Shown here piece after piece: positions 12,161 through 28,606 of a DNA stretch of 64,000 nt (position 1 is its first letter; the number at the start of each line of letters is the position of its first letter). The position numbers and the translations under genes are program-made. Origin of the DNA: the human T2T-CHM13v2.0 reference genome, Homo sapiens; NCBI RefSeq assembly GCF_009914755.1, contig NC_060944.1; one strand, 5' to 3'. The notes beneath the pieces were generated by a model that saw only the letters and a program-made list of their open reading frames with translations, was not told the DNA's origin and made no database searches.

Positions 12161-14599
12161 TTATATGGTGACCTTAGCACAAGCAGTTTCATAGGCTTGA
12201 TGAAAGTGAAAGCCAAACTGACCTGAATAAAGAGTGAAAGGAAAATGAGCAAAAGGAGATAGTAAATGTGGAAAATCCTTGAGAAAAATTTGCCAAGAAA
12301 GGAGGAGATGGCTTGATAGCTAGAAAGACACACAGAGTCAAATTTAAGGTTCCTCCAAGATAGAAGATTTTTTAAATGAAAAATTTATATTTAAATGCTG
12401 ACCGAATGCATCAAGAAGGAGAGAGATTGACGATGCAGATGACAAATGGAAAAGCAATGAACAGAATCCCTGAAAAGTCAGGAAAAGAAGGGAGATTATT
12501 AGAGGGATGTCCTTTTACAGTAAGAGGAATACTTCCTCCACTGCCCCAGGATTTAAAAAGCTTATAAATCACAGGTAACATTCTACCTAATTATAGAGCT
12601 TTATGCTTTTCAATAAATTTTGTTGTACATAATACAGTCACTCTATTAATTCAGTGAGACAGTTATCCACATTTTACGTAAAAAGAAAGAAAAGACAGAA
12701 AAGAAGTGATTTGCTTGAAGTGACACAGAAATAGCTGGTAGAACCATGCACTGTGTAGATGGCAGGGCTCCTGACTTCTCATTTCACACCAGAAATGTAG
12801 ACAGAATTAGATATAATGACAGGTATTATATTTTTAAACCTTTCAAATAGGAATATCCTTGGAATTTCATTCATTAACAAAGCACAAAGCATGTGATTAG
12901 CATCTGAAAATGTTTTATTATACAATCACTAGACACCAAAAGAGATTTCCATTTTCCTGTGTATTTGAAAGAGTTCAACAGCCCTAAGTCACACAGTTGG
13001 AAGAAACTCAAACAAGGGAAGGTTCGTTTGAATTGATGAAATTAGCATGATGAAGTTTACAATACTAAGATTTTTGTTTCAAGACTCTGAGGTTTTGTAG
13101 GGAGGAAGGGGAAAGGCAGATGTCACCAAATAAGACTGGTCGGAGAGGGGATGAGAAGCATCAATTAGAAAGCTCCTCAAATTCAAATGGACCGTTCAAA
13201 CCATCCTAGGACTAGACTCCAATCGGGAAAGACTCTGAAGGAAATGATCTCCTACTCCCACGAGATGGCTAACGTTATTTAGGTAAAAAGCTTTTAATTT
13301 TATGGCTGGGGAGGTAGCAATAAAGAAAATGAACCTCCTGCCAGTGATTCTTTTTCAAGCCCTGCCAATTCCTGTGTCTGGGGAAGCTATAAAGAATGCC
13401 CAGCCTCATGTCAAAAGAATTGCCACAGATCTCCAGCTCACCTGCATTCAAACATTGAAACATCCCTAAGCCTGTTCCCAGGCCAGCCTGGAACTGAGAA
13501 TCCAGGAGAGTCTTTTCTGTTCTGCTGCTGCAGCTACACTATCTACTTGTTAGCATAACCAGGGCCACCAGCAACAGATGCTAGAGAAATACAGAGAGCG
13601 AAAATCAGCAGCTGATGAAAAGCAGAATCTTTTCTTTTTGGCAGCAATACCAATAGCATGAAGCACTTCCCTTTTGGAGCTTTCCAAACCACTTCAAAAG
13701 CGAGTTTTCTGGTGTGGATCAAGAAAGCTAGCCAAATTGCCCCTGAGTGCATAGTCACTGGCCAAGATATTGATGACTGTAGGCAGCTCAGGACCCATCC
13801 TCGGCCACAGTGCTGTCTTTCTCAGAGCTCTGTTTAATTCCATCAGGCACTGGCAGCATTTGCAGAAAGCTGTGTAGATTTTTGTGATCTTCAGCCAGCA
13901 CAGAGGTGGCCAGTTCCCTAGCCTCCCAGCACCGTCCTTCTCCTGCCCTGCCCCTTCATGGCCTGCCTGGGCTCACTGGACCCAGACTTGCCTTTCGCAG
14001 CTGTCAAAACCTCACAGTCCTGTGTGTCTGTTTCCCTTTGAACTACACAAACTAACTAATTTGGTGAACCTATTAAGTGAACTTCTTTATACTCATGGTC
14101 TAGAGTGCATTGAACACTAAAGCGTTTGCTGGAGATTGTCAAAATCAATTCTGTCTTCTTCCAACTGGACCAAGGCTTCTTTGAGTTAATAAAACTCTGA
14201 GAAATCTGAGTTGATTTTTCATAGTACCTCTTTCTATTCTTTTGGGGTTTTTTTGTTTGTTTTTTACTTTTCATGGAGATTTTCCTTAATTTAACCCAAA
14301 AGATATACCCACATGACATTTGAATATGAAAGAGGTAGTAGGACAAAGAATTTGAAGACAGTCTTTCAGAGCCCCACAAAGTACTTGAAATTTATCAATA
14401 AACCCCTCCCGGTGCTTCCCACCATATTCCACATTCCATCTCCATTTTAAGCCATGAACCTTCAAGTGGCATCTCCTCCTGTGAAACCTACAGTTTGAAG
14501 ATAAATTATTGATGACTAATGACTCAGAAGAACCAAAGAAAGGATCCTCTAGTGGAGACACAGCATAGAAATGGTGGTCCAGGGTGAGACGGAACTGCT

Positions 14600-14790
14600 T
14601 CCTGTCCCAGTGCAGCCTGTGTGGTTCCAGCTGTGTACTTCTCTTCCTCTAATCTTGTTTACTCGTCTCTAATACGGGACTAATAAGATATACATCAGAC
14701 TATTGTGAGGGTTGAATGTAACGATATTCCAAATTGTTGCATGTGTCCAGTACTTAACATAGTGCCAAGAACAAAGCATGTATCAATAAG
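14600..14790. mobile_element. MIR fragment
   Basis: attgtgagggttgaatgtaa...agtacttaacatagtgcc...tcaataagt. Confidence 0.55.
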
Positions 14791-16029
14791 TATGAACAGC
14801 CTTCCCAGCGCACACCTCCAAACAGTGGATTTCTGGCCGGTGACAAGCAATGGTTCCCAGCGGTTCTACCGGTTATGGTTAAACTTACCACTAGCCAATC
14901 AGTAAGTTTGCCTCAGATCACATCACAATTCTTTTGCAAGCCTGGAGCTTGGTGAAAAACAAGGGGGAAAATAATCAATGTCCCTAAGGCAGATGTTGAA
15001 AGATTAACCTCATAACATAATTCTCTCACCAGACTTGTTTCCTGAATGTCTATTTAAATTTTAATTCTGCAAATAAAATAAAATTGGTAATAATGAAGGT
15101 GATTAAGATGGCATTTGTCCAGGGAACGAATCTCCTCACAATATATCTAAGAAAGAGATACATGTACAGAAAACGAAGCACAGTAAAATACCTTTTCATT
15201 ACTATCGGAGATTTTCCCCAAACACAGAGAAAGCTCTACAGAACTGAGCTTAAGCCAGAATTCTGTTGTTAACTTGGTCTAATGCCAAAACAGGCCAGAG
15301 ACCCCTTTCACCTACTTCTCTTTAATCCCAAACCCATGTCTCTGTTTGATCTAAGAAAGAGCCAAATGCCCAGGATGCAGCATGGTAGAGAAAAGCAGCC
15401 AGCCAGAGAGTGGCCTCCGTGCCAGGGGAGTGTGTCTGAGCTTTGCTTTATTTTTCTTATTTGTCTGTAGTTGTGTGATTGGTAGAAGAGAGTGGATATG
15501 AAGTCTACTGACACAGGATTGGTCTTCAGGAATGTCTTACCAAGCATTTGGGGGAACAGAGGGGTTTCACAAATAAGAGAGCAATGATCAGACTTTTTCT
15601 AAAAGGAGCAGCCATAAGCTACCTTAACTCTCCAACTTGCCCATTAATCTTCACCTAGAGTTAGGAAGATTTCACCATTAGCTGTGGCCCATAAAAGATC
15701 CTTAAGCTTGACGAACCACAGAGGTCAATCTCCTTGAAGAGGAAGTGAAAGGGGTATTGACAGAAGCTGTGAGCTTTCTGTCCTCCGCAGGCCCCCAGCT
15801 GTGTCTTCTACAAGATAGTCTCCAAATGATGTTTTCTGGCTGACAATACCACAGAACTGATCCTTATCTCACTATGGAAATGAAAGATTTCAAAGAATTT
15901 TGTTGCCTGAAATATGGTACTGTAATCACGTATTAATAAAGCTGCTATCCAGAAATAATGCAGATTTCAAAAGAAAGGCTGTTAGCATTCTCAGGGACCT
16001 AAAAACTACAAATTGTAGAACAATGGTAA

Positions 16030-16240
16030 ATAGATCTTGGAATCAGGTAGACTTTAATTCAAACCCCAGCTATGCCACTTATTAACTTATGTGACATTGG
16101 GAAAGCCTCTCAAATTTAGATTTGCAAAATCAGAATAAAATAAGTAGCCAACAAATAGGGTTTAATGGAGGTAATAATGAAGGTTATTAAGATGATAAAA
16201 TTAAATAGTGAATATAAAGTGCTTAGCATTCAATAAATTT
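16030..16240. mobile_element. MIR fragment
   Basis: ttcaaaccccagctatgccacttattaacttatgtgacattgggaaag...taaagtgcttagc. Confidence 0.65.
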
Positions 16241-16544
16241 ATTGTATGATTTCAAAGCACATGCTTTTACCTACAGTGCTATAAAGCTGCTTGCAATAGT
16301 CAAAGCTAATAGAAGCTCTTGTCAGAGCTAATAGAAGCCTTGAGTATGTAATTATTTAAGAATTCTGTAAATATACACAATAGGGTAGGAATGAGAAAAT
16401 CTTTAGAGGAAATATTCAAGTACGTTTGATTTCTAGCAAATCCAGATAGATAGTTTTGGCAACAACCAAGTCATAATTTGAAGTCTTGTTATAGGAGCTA
16501 GAATTTTATTCAAGGGACAACTGACTTGATTAGATAAGATACTG

Positions 16545-16890
16545 TGCACTGCATGTTTGCATCAACAAATGCACATGTTGAAACTCTAACAATAGAATGG
16601 CATTAGAAGGAGGACCTTTGGGAAGTAATTTGGTTTTGATGAGGATGGAGTTCCCACAATGGGGTTAACATCCTAATAAGAAGAGTAGAAGACTAGAGCC
16701 CTCTTCACTCAGCCATCTGAAGATACAACAAGAACACCTGCAAACCAGTAAGAGGGCCTTCACCAGACACTGGCTCTGCTGGCCCAGATTTTAATCTTTG
16801 AATTCCCACAACTGTGAGAAACAAGTATGTGCTGTTTAAACCACGCAGTCTACAGTTGTTTGTAGAAGCAGCCTGAGCAGACAAAGACAT
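16545..16890 (+). mobile_element. MLT1/MST-type MaLR LTR
   Basis: ctgcaaaccagtaagagggccttcaccagacac...actgtgagaaacaagtatgtgctgtttaaaccac...agacaaagaca. Confidence 0.75.
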
Positions 16891-18264
16891 AGGGTTCCTT
16901 TTATTTTCAGAATTCGGTTTAGTTGTAATCACCTACCATCCTGAGATGTTGTTTCCTCCCTCCTCCCTTGAAATATAAGCTCTGGGACTATAGCTTCATG
17001 GACAAATTCTGAAGAATTTGTCTCTGCTCTTGTGGGATGCTAACCTAACCAATCAAGGAATGTTTGCTCAATGTAATGAAACATCTTAATGCAGCTCGCC
17101 AGCCAATATCTGCAGAGCACACCTCATGGGTTCTGGCTGGCTTGGATTTCTGAGACTACTTCATCCTACTCATCAGACTGTGGACTCAGATTCAGCCAGG
17201 AGGCCCAGATTCTAGCGTCAGTTTTGCCCTTGGGATACAAATGCATGTCCTGCTTCACTCAACATGAAACCCTGACTATTTGGCCATTATTCTGGCAATT
17301 GTCCTCTCTCCCTGTGCCAATTGCCAATCAACCCAACTCCCAGGCAGCCTTGGCAGTTATGTTTGCTTGGCCTGCTGTAGAAGCCAATGACTTAGTAAAA
17401 GTCAGAACATAGATCTGCTAGCTCCCAGTCCAGGATTTCCCCATAACTCGTCCATGTATATATTAAACAATTAGCCTTGCTTTTAAAATTCTTTTTCATT
17501 TAGCCTCTTCTTAGAACTTATCATTTTGAGAATCCTGACCTGCCAATATTCCATAATCTTTCTGAAAGTGACACAGCAAGTACGATGCATGCACATTGCT
17601 AACTGCAGCTGATTTCATTTTCCATCATCTATAAAGCACATAAGGTAATTTCTAAACCAGCAGTAAAATCTATTTATAAAGATGCTGATTTGTTTTCTGC
17701 ACTTTCCAAAACAGAGCTTCAATTTATTTCCTTACCATAAAAAACCACTACTTTTTAAAACAATCGTAGTTAGTACATTTTCTAAATGTTTTAATTTTTG
17801 TAAAATCCAACTTGCAAATTGGAGTGTAAATAGCTTTCTTAAAATGGAAGGAACTGTGTTAGACCCAGTACGCTGATTGATGACTTCACAGTGCTTCAAA
17901 GTAGATGATTTCACAGTCATTGGGTATATAATGCAATGAGTTTTTATAAAGCAATTGATATCACTAAAAATATAATTATAATAAATAAAATTATAGGGAA
18001 AAGGAAATCGTCACTCTGACAATGCCAATTTTTTTAACTAACTCATTGCTAAAAGATTATGTTTCTACATGAAAAATTTTACACATTCTTTCTATGAGAT
18101 AAACCTGATAACATCTTGAAAACTTAATAGTTATGGAAAAGGAACTACTGTGATTTTTTTTAGAGAATGTCGTGTTCTTGATGTTCTTGAGTGAGCTGTC
18201 TCATGTTATTAGAAGGGAAACAGCAGCACCTTGTGCACAAACAAATAAAGTGAACAAATTTTTA

Positions 18265-18553
18265 GGACCCGGTGCAGTGGTTCAGGCCTGTAATCCCAGC
18301 ACTTTGGGAGACCTGGGCGGAGGGTAACTTGAGCCCAAGAGTTCAAGACCAGCCTGGGCAACACAGTGACACGCCGATCTTTACCAAAAATTGAAAAATT
18401 CTCTGGGCTTTGTGGCTCATACCTCAGGTCCCAGCTACTTGGAAGGCTGAGGTGGGAGGATCACTTAAGCCCAGCAGGTCAAGGCTGCAGTGAGTGTGAT
18501 CATACCACTGCATTCCAGCCTGGGTGACACAGCAAGACCCTATTTCAAAAAAA
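18265..18553 (+). mobile_element. AluJ-like SINE
   Basis: Diverged dimeric Alu with cctgtaatcccagcactttggg and an A tail. Confidence 0.9.
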
Positions 18554-18618
18554 ATTATATTTATGTAGCACTTTCTACAAGGAATACAGTATCATGTTTG
18601 TATTTAAATGACATCAGA

Positions 18619-18922
18619 ACCAGCATGGTGGCTTACACCTGTAATCTCAGCTCCTCAGACGGCGGAAGGCAGGAGGATCGCTTGAGGCCAAGAGTTGGAA
18701 GACCAGCCTGGGCAGCATAATGAAACCCTCATTTCTACAAAAATAATAATAGTAATCAAAAGCTAGGCGTGCTGGCACACACCTGCAGACCTAGCTACCG
18801 TGGAGGCTGAGTGGAAGGATCACTTTGAGCCCAGGAGTTTGATTGTATTGTGTATTGTGAGCTACGCTCGAGCCACTCCACTCCAGACAACACGGCAAGA
18901 CCCAGTCTCTAAACAAAATAAA
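18619..18922 (+). mobile_element. AluJ-like SINE
   Basis: Second diverged Alu (gtggcttacacctgtaatctcagc...gacccagtctct). Confidence 0.85.
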
Positions 18923-20651
18923 GGAACATCAGAGCATTGTTTATAGAGATTTATAAATGATCCCAAAATGTCGTCAGGGAGATAAATCATCTAAATATAG
19001 CTATATCGACTCTTCCTAAATTCCAAATTTGGGTGGGAAAAATAAATGAGATAGAAGACTTCTTGAAATGTATCAAGACTCAGGAAGACAAAACAAAAAC
19101 TTTCATTAGGCAGTATCAAGAATGTTCATTAATGCTATTTCTAATTTATGATACGATCATCTAAAGAGGAAATCCCAGCAACAAGAGGCCAAAGGAAAGG
19201 GAAAAGAAATGAAAATAACGACCATACTTTCTACACATTCAACCTCTTCTCTATCACCTCTCAGCAAGACCTCCCACAGCCAATCACTGCTTTCTCTTGC
19301 GGACTTACCCTCTACTCCGTGAACACATGAGCCAGAGAACCCTGAGAAGTCCCTGACTCTCTTCCAGGGGCTCTGCAAGGTCAAAAGTCTTTTCATAAAA
19401 AGACACAGGTTTTGTTTAACTTTTCCACTTTCATTCTCTCACAAGTATAATTGGAGTTTCCCAGAGGCTACCTGACATGGGATGTCACAAGAAATTAAAC
19501 ATAGAAGCAGAAAGGAGAACCAAGTTTTCTTCTATTAAACCAGACTTTAAAGACATACCTAAAAATACAAAACAATGTCACTGTTCTCACCAACTTTACT
19601 GCTTAAAAATGATAATTTTAAATAAAAATGTGATTTATGTAAACATATTATTTTATTTGTTTTAATTTCTCAGTTTTAATGTTTAATATGATAAATATAG
19701 ATAGATATAATCCAAATAAATAAAAGCTCTTTGGGGTCCTCAATAACTTTTAAAAATGTAGTGTTCCTGGAACCAAAAAGTTTGAGGACTGATGCGCTAA
19801 AGCTCCTACCCTTTGATGTAGCTTCCACCCAGGTCATTTCTTAAATACTTGATCAATCATTTCCCATGTCCCTCACCCTATCCTTGTTGAAAAATTCCAT
19901 TTTCCTACTCCAGCCCTCCCTGTCATGAGAAAGTTCCCAGGTGGTTGACATGATTCACTAAATCTTTCTTAACAGCTTTATGATGATAACATGACATATA
20001 CAAATTGTATAAATTTAAGGTAACTTAATGTTTTGATATTTCTATACTTTTCGAAATGATCACCACAATCGAGCAAATTAGCATATTATCTCTACATATT
20101 TACCATTGTGTGTGTGTTGACAGTAATTAATTTATGATCTAGTCCTTTAGCAGAACACAAGAATATGATACAGTGTTGTTCCATGTTGTACATTATATCT
20201 CCAGAAATTATTATAACTTGAACATTGCACAATTTAATTAACATCACCCCATTTCCCCTCCCTGAGCCCCTGGCAACCACTGTCCTATTCTCTGTTTTTA
20301 TGAATTTGACTGTTGTAGATTCCTCATGTAAGTGAGATCATGAAGTATTTGTCTCTGTGTCTTGCATTTTTGCTTGGCGCAATATCTTCCAGCTCCATCC
20401 ATGTTTTCACAAATAGAAGGATTTCCTTCTTTTTCAAGGTTGTATAATATTTCATTTTATGTATACACGTCACATTTTCTTTACCCATTCATCTGTTCCT
20501 CTGCCAAAGGACACTTAGGTTATTTTCATATTTTGGTCATTGTGTGTCATGCTGCAATGAACAGGGGATGACAGACACCTCTCTAAGACTCTTCTGTCAA
20601 TTTCCCTGGACATATATCCAAAAGTGAAATTGTTGGATTATGTGGTAGTTC

Positions 20652-20936
20652 TTTTTTTTTTATTTTTGAAACCGGGTCTCACTCTGTCATTCAAGGTAAA
20701 GTCCAGTGGCAAGATCATAGCTCACTGCAGCCTTGAACTCCTGGGCTCAAGCGATCCTCCTACCTCAGCCTCCTGAGTAGCTGGGACTACAGGTGTACAA
20801 CACCATGTCTGGTTAATTTTAAATTTTTTTCAGAGATGGGGTCTTGCTATGTTACCCAAGCTGGTCTGGAGCTCCTGGCCTCCTGCCTTGACTTCCCCAA
20901 ATCCTGGGATTACAGGTGTGAGACACCACACCAGGC
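20652..20936 (-). mobile_element. AluJ inserted in L1
   Basis: PolyT followed by reverse-complement Alu. Confidence 0.9.
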
Positions 20937-22229
20937 CAGTGCTATTTTCAATTTTCTTTGGAGGAACCTCAATACTGTTTTCTGTGTTTTACTAATTTGC
21001 ATTCCCGTCAATAGTGTATAATGGTTTTCTTTTCTCCACATTCTTACCAACACTTATCTCTTCTCTTTTTGATAATAGCCATTTTAACAGGTGTGACATG
21101 ATATCTCATTGTGGTTTTGATTTGCATTACTCTGAAGTTTAGACATGTTGAGCACATTTTCATATACCTGTTAGCCATTTGAGTTTCTTCTTTTGAGATG
21201 TATTTATTTAGTTTCTTTGCCTTAAAATAAAATTAGGTTATTCATAATTTTGGAATTGATGTGTATATGTCTTTCTTATTTTTTGAACTCCTCATAAGAG
21301 ATACGTTTTAAAACATTTTCCCCATTTCATAGGTTGCGTTATCATTTCATTATTTGTTTTCTTTACTGTGCAGAAGCTTTTTAGTTCGATGTAATTCATT
21401 TATCTATTTTGCCTTTGTTGCCTGTGCTTTTGGCATCATATCTAAACAAATTATTGCCAAGACCAATGTCAAGAATGTTTTCTCTTGTCTTCTTCCAGGA
21501 GTTTTATGGTTTCAGTGATTACATTTAAACGTTTAATCCATTTTGAGTTAATTTTTACATACGGCGTGAGCTAGGGATCCTATTTCATTCTTTTACATGT
21601 AGACATCCAGCTTTCCTAACACCATTTGGTCAACAACATATCCTCCCCTTAGTGCCTCCTTGTCACCTTCCAGGGTGATCAATTACTGCAAATGTGTGGA
21701 TTATGCCTACGTTCTCTATTTTGTTTCACTGGTTTATGTGTCTGTTTTTATGCCAGTACCACAGTGTTTTTTCTTTCTACAGCTTTGTAATTTAATTTGA
21801 AGTCAGGAATTGTGATACCTGTAGCTTTGTTCTTGCTCAAAATTGCTTCTGCCACTCAGGGATTTTTGTGATTCTATATGAATTTTAGGATTTTTTTTCT
21901 ATTTCTGTGAGAGATACCATTGGAATTTTGATATGGATTACATTAAATGTGAGATTGCTTTGAGTAATATGGACACTTTAATAATACAATACTAACTCTT
22001 ACAATCCATGGGTTGTCTTTCAATTTACTTTGGTTTAAATTTCTGCCATCAATCTTTTATAATTTGTAGTGTTTAAGTCTTTCACTTCTTTGGTTAGTTA
22101 GTTCCAAAGTAGTTTATTTGATACTGTTTTTTAAATTTCCCTTTCAGACAATTCATTGTTAGTGTTTAGAAATAGCAATGATTTTTGTATGTCGATTGTG
22201 TATCCTACAACTTTAGTAAATTTATTATA

Positions 22230-22453
22230 TAGTCAGTCCTTCATATCCATGGGTTCTGCAACCATGAACTCAATGAACTATGAACATAACTTGTACGCAT
22301 TTTCCATCTGTGGTGGTTTGAATCCACAGATGTGAACCCATGGATACATAGGGCCAACTGTACACCATTTTATGTGAGGGAGTTGATCATCACAGATTTT
22401 GTTATCTGAGGGGGTCCTGAAACAAATCCCCAGCAGATATGAAAGACTGACTG
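22230..22453. mobile_element. MER2-like TcMar-Tigger MITE inserted in L1
   Basis: Terminal inverted repeats tagtcagtccttcatatc / gatatgaaagactgactg, flanked by TA. Confidence 0.8.
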
Positions 22454-25400
22454 TATTATTTGTAACCATTTTCTGTGGAGTCTTTAGAGTTTTCAATGTA
22501 TAATAATCATGTTTTCTGTTAACAGAGGTAACTACATCTTTCCTTTCAATTTTGATGCCTTTTATTTCTCTTGCCTGATTGCTCTGGCTAGGATTTCCAC
22601 TACTATGTTGAATAGGAGTGATGAGAGTAGACATCCTTGTCTTGTTCCAGATATTAAGAAAAAGCTTTCAGTTTTTCCCCAGTGATTATAATATTAGATA
22701 TAGGTTTTTCATATACAGCCTTTATAGTGTTGAGGTAAGTTTCTTGTATACTTATTTTGTTGAGAGTTTTATCATGAAAATATATTGAGTTTTGTCAAAT
22801 GTGTTTTCTGCATCCATTGGAATGTTATTTTTATCTTTCATTCTGTTAATGTGGTATATCACATTATTAATTTTTACACTTTGAAACATCCTTGTATCAC
22901 ATAGATAAATTACAATTGGTCATGGTGTATGACCTTTTCAATGTGCTTTTGAATTCAGTTTGCTAGTTAGTATTTTATTGAGAAATTTTGCATCTATATT
23001 CGTTAAGGATACTGGTCTGTAATTATTTTTTCTTGTGTTGTCTTCGTCTAGCTTTTAAGTCATGGTAACATTGGCCTCATGAAATGAGTTTGAGAGTATT
23101 CTCTCTTCTATTTTTTCTGAAGGGTTTAAGAAGTTTTGGTGTTAGTTCTTCTTTGAATGTTTGGTAGATGTTGCCCATGAAAGCATCTGCACCTGGGCTT
23201 TTCTTTGTTGGGAAATTTTTGATTACTGATTAGATCTCTTTGCTTGCTTTTGGTCTGTTCTATTTCTTTTTTGTTCCATTTTAGTAGATTGCATCTTTCT
23301 AAGAATTGATCCATTTCTTCTAGGTTATCCAATTTATTGGCATATAATCACTTAATTGTCCTTTATAATCATTTGTATGCCTGTACATTTCCTATAATGT
23401 CTCCATTTTCATTTCTGATTATATTTACTTGAGTTTCTCTTTTTTTCTTAGTGTAGCTAAGGGTTTGTTATTTTTGTTTGTATTTCCAAAAATTCAACTC
23501 TAGCTTTGTTGATTTTTCTATTGTTTTCTATTTTATAGTTATTTTATTTATATTCTAATCTTTATTATTTACTTCATTATGCTAACTTCGGGTTTAGTTA
23601 GTTTCTCTTTTTCTAATTGTTTATTTTTAAAGTTAGGTTGTTCGAGTTACCTCTTTCTTATTTTTTAATGTAGGTATTTATCACTGTAACATTTCCCTCT
23701 TAGCACTTCTTTTGCTGCATCCTGTAAGTTTTGTTGAGTTGTATGTTCATTTTTGTTTGTCTCAAGATATTTTTAAAATTCCCTTTTGATTTCTTCTTTT
23801 ACCCAATGGTTGTTCAAGCATGCGTTGTTTAGTTTCTGCATTTTTGTAAATGTTTCTGTTTTCTTTGTTATTGACTTCTAATTTTATGCCATTGTGGAAT
23901 GAGAAGATACTTGGAGTTATATCAAACTTCTTATATTTGTAGTATGCCTTGTGACCTAAGATTTGATCTATCTCAGAGAAGATTCTGTGTGCACTTGAGA
24001 AGAATGTATATTCTGCTGCTGTTGGATGGAAAGTTGTGTATCTGTCAGTGTTTAATCTACTGTGTTGTTCAAGTCAGCTGTTTCCTCATTTTTTCTTCCT
24101 GCCTAGATGTTCTATCCATTATTGAATTTGGGGTGTTGAAGTTGGCTACTATTATTTTAGTGTTACTGATTTCTCCCCTTAGCTTTGTTGATATTAACTT
24201 TATATATTTAGGTGTTCTAATGTTGGGTGGATATATATTTTCAATCTTCCCATTGAAGTGAACTTTTATCATTATATAATGACCTTCCTAGTCTCTAGTG
24301 ACAGTTTTTGATTTCAAGTCTATTTTTTCTCATCTAAATATAGATACCCTTGCTCTTTTTTGTTTACCATTTGCGTAGAGTATCTTTTCCCATCCCTTCA
24401 CTTTGAGCCTCTATGTATCTTTATATCTAAAGTGATTCCCTTATAAATGGGTACTGATGAGTATCTTTTATCCACTGTGCCACTCTATGTCTTTTAATTA
24501 GATAGTTTAATCCTTTCACATTTAAAGTCATTGTTGATGGGTAAGGAGTAACTTGCGTTTGGTTAATTGCTTTTCATATGTTTTGCAGTTCTTTTTTTTT
24601 CCTCTCTTGCTGTCTCCTTAGTTTGGTTATTTCTTGTAGTGGTTTGGTTTCATTTATTTTTCTTCACATTCTGTGTAGCTCCTATAAGCTTTTAATTTGT
24701 GGTTGCAAATTTACATCTTCTATAAACAGATGTCTTAATGTTATCAGCTTTCTTGGAATCATTTTCTTTCTCTTCCCTCTTCAGACATATTTGCAAATAC
24801 TCTGTTTTTCAAGACACAAGTAAATAGGGCTCTGGTTAGAAATGTATCAATACGAAAAAAAAGATCCTCTGAGTCTTTTGATAAGTTAGAAAATAATGAT
24901 AGACTGCGGTAGAATGTCATGTATTTCAAGTTCTGTCATCTATGTTACTCTGCAATATATTTTCTGTGTGTATTAGTCAGTTATATATTTATAAGGTAAA
25001 TCCGTAAAGCATACATTCTAGAATGTCCTAACTTAAGTCCTTAAGAGTTACGCTCCTTATAGCCTTCTTGGCACTCCTGAAGTGTTAAATATTTCCATTG
25101 AAGAAGGTTGTATATGGCTTCTGAGGTGAAGTCTACACAGGTTAGGATTATTTCTTGCTCCTTTTGCCCACACAGCACCCACTGTCCCCTCCCTTTGTTA
25201 TTAGCCATTATCTGATACCCTAGATGAAGCCACCTTCTATCCTTCAGTTTTGGCGTGGTGGCTGATTTCACCCCCAGTTTCAGGAATAAGCACAGGACAG
25301 CTACTAACAAGTATGTTGTTCACTCAAGGAAGAAACCCAGCTAAGGGAGAAAGGGGGGTTGAAATCCAGCCTGCATGCTCTTCTCCAAGCCACATGCCCT

Positions 25401-25947
25401 GATACAGGGTTGCATCTAACTGGAGAAAGGGGAGCCATTTTCTAATACTTGCAAAGGCACTGTGTGGACAGTGGAAACCCTGTAGGTGCTCATGACACAG
25501 GCCTGGCCAATGAACATACTTCTAATCCTGGCACAGATGAAACTAGAAATGGACATGAAATCCAAGCCTCACACCCAAAGTCAATCTCTAGTCTCTTATT
25601 GAAACTATTAGAAGGGTTTCTGTTTTTGTTTTATCCTGGGACTGTGGAACTAAGGAAATGTAAACTGGAGGAGTGATGATGGCCACATTGCAGCACAAAG
25701 GGAAAACTTGTCTGAGAATAAAATCAATGGGGAAGAAAAAGCAAGGAAGCTGAGAGGAGCCAAGTCCTGAGTCCCTACGTTCAGACATTCTGAAGCTACA
25801 CCCTGGATTTTTCCATTATACGAGTCCACAAATTAATATATATTTTTTGCTTAGACCAGTTTGAGTTTGAATTCTATTATTTATAACCAAAGGAGTCCTA
25901 CCATATTATCTTAGCCGGATTTTCATAAACACAATATATGTTGATCA

Positions 25948-27190
<1,243 letters not shown>

Positions 27191-28606
27191 CTTCCTAAAT
27201 GTTTCCAGTTCACTCCAAAGAGTGTGGGGAAAAAAGAAAGAAGAGGAAGAAAATAGTTACTTATCATCCACAGTAGTCAAGGAAGCTGCAGAAGCATCAA
27301 GCAAAAGCAGCAGAAGTTAGCTTTGTACTCCCACAAACCCTGCTCTGAAGTACTCCGCCTAGTGTCCCACAGCAGAAGCTGCATTTCTAAAATTTTTAAA
27401 AAGACAGAAAAGGAATCACCACTTACCCTGGGAAACCTAACAGGGGAGCAGGCCACATGGGAATATGTCCCATTGGTTTGAGGTCGATAAGTCCATTTTC
27501 AAAGCTTTAGTAATTCCAGAAACAAGAACATATTTATTTTGCTTTAATCACACAATGCCTAGTTATATTAAAAGTAAGGAGACATTCAATAAATACCTTT
27601 TATGGAAATAAAAACAGACAATTTAGGAGAAAATTAACTATCGATGCATTATTTTCAAAGGTAAAGAAGAAAGAAATTATTCTGAACACACAAAACTATT
27701 TTATCAAGTATCATGGTAAATTATTATTACATACTAGGTCACTTAAGAAATTTCCAGAGATGATTGGAAAGAGTTTCCACAATAGATTTTGTTTCACCCC
27801 AGGAAGAAGTTTCACAAAAAGTTAGTTACTTATCTCCATTGTTACTAGTACCAAACTAATCCTATCATTCTGAGTCAAATTACAAATAACGTCCACACTT
27901 TTCTCCAGTGAGATCACAGGAGATGCCTAAGTGGAGTGTGTTTTAATGTGAGGGGATAATTGGTTTATATTTTTCACTGAAAATAACAAATTCTAGACAA
28001 CTTAAGCAAAATAGGAATTCGATGAAAGGACATTGAATAGTTCACAAAATCATTGAAGATGCTGGAGAAGCAAGGTAAGAACTGAGGGAAACTCAGCACA
28101 GCCAAGTTCATTCGACGGAAGCAGATCTCGGGATGCCACCACTAGGATGTTGCCATTTGACACTTGTCACCATGTAGCTGGGCTCTGCTGAACCTAGGCA
28201 CTTGCTACCACATTTCTGGACCTGCATCTCTGCTCAATTTCTCAGAATCACCTCTGATTCTTTCAGGTCTTTTGCATCATTTAATCGGGTTCCAAGTTCT
28301 AATAAAGAGACATCAGTTGGCTGGGCCTAGATATGTGCCCACACGTGAGTGGCCAAGAAACTGGAAAAAGGATCATGCACTCCTTTCAGCTTTTGTAATG
28401 GAAGGTGGGGCCTGTCCTCATATTTCGCTTGGGGTTCAAAAAACTAGGAAGGGTGTTTTGTTGAAATGAAACCCAAAACTATAGCTATCCATTTATAGCA
28501 CCTTATTTGTACAGGAAGAAACCATGAGACAAAATGTATAAAAGTGCATGGGAGGTCTAAACATATGAGGGGGTTTCTGAGGAGAGAAAGATCATACTTG
28601 ATTGGT

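Larger units (their letters stand above)
19970..24620 (-). mobile_element. Old L1 (L1M-type) ORF2 and 3' region, with nested Alu and MER2
   Basis: Minus-strand ORF2 remnants ([43 protein letters not shown]) with many stops. Confidence 0.9.
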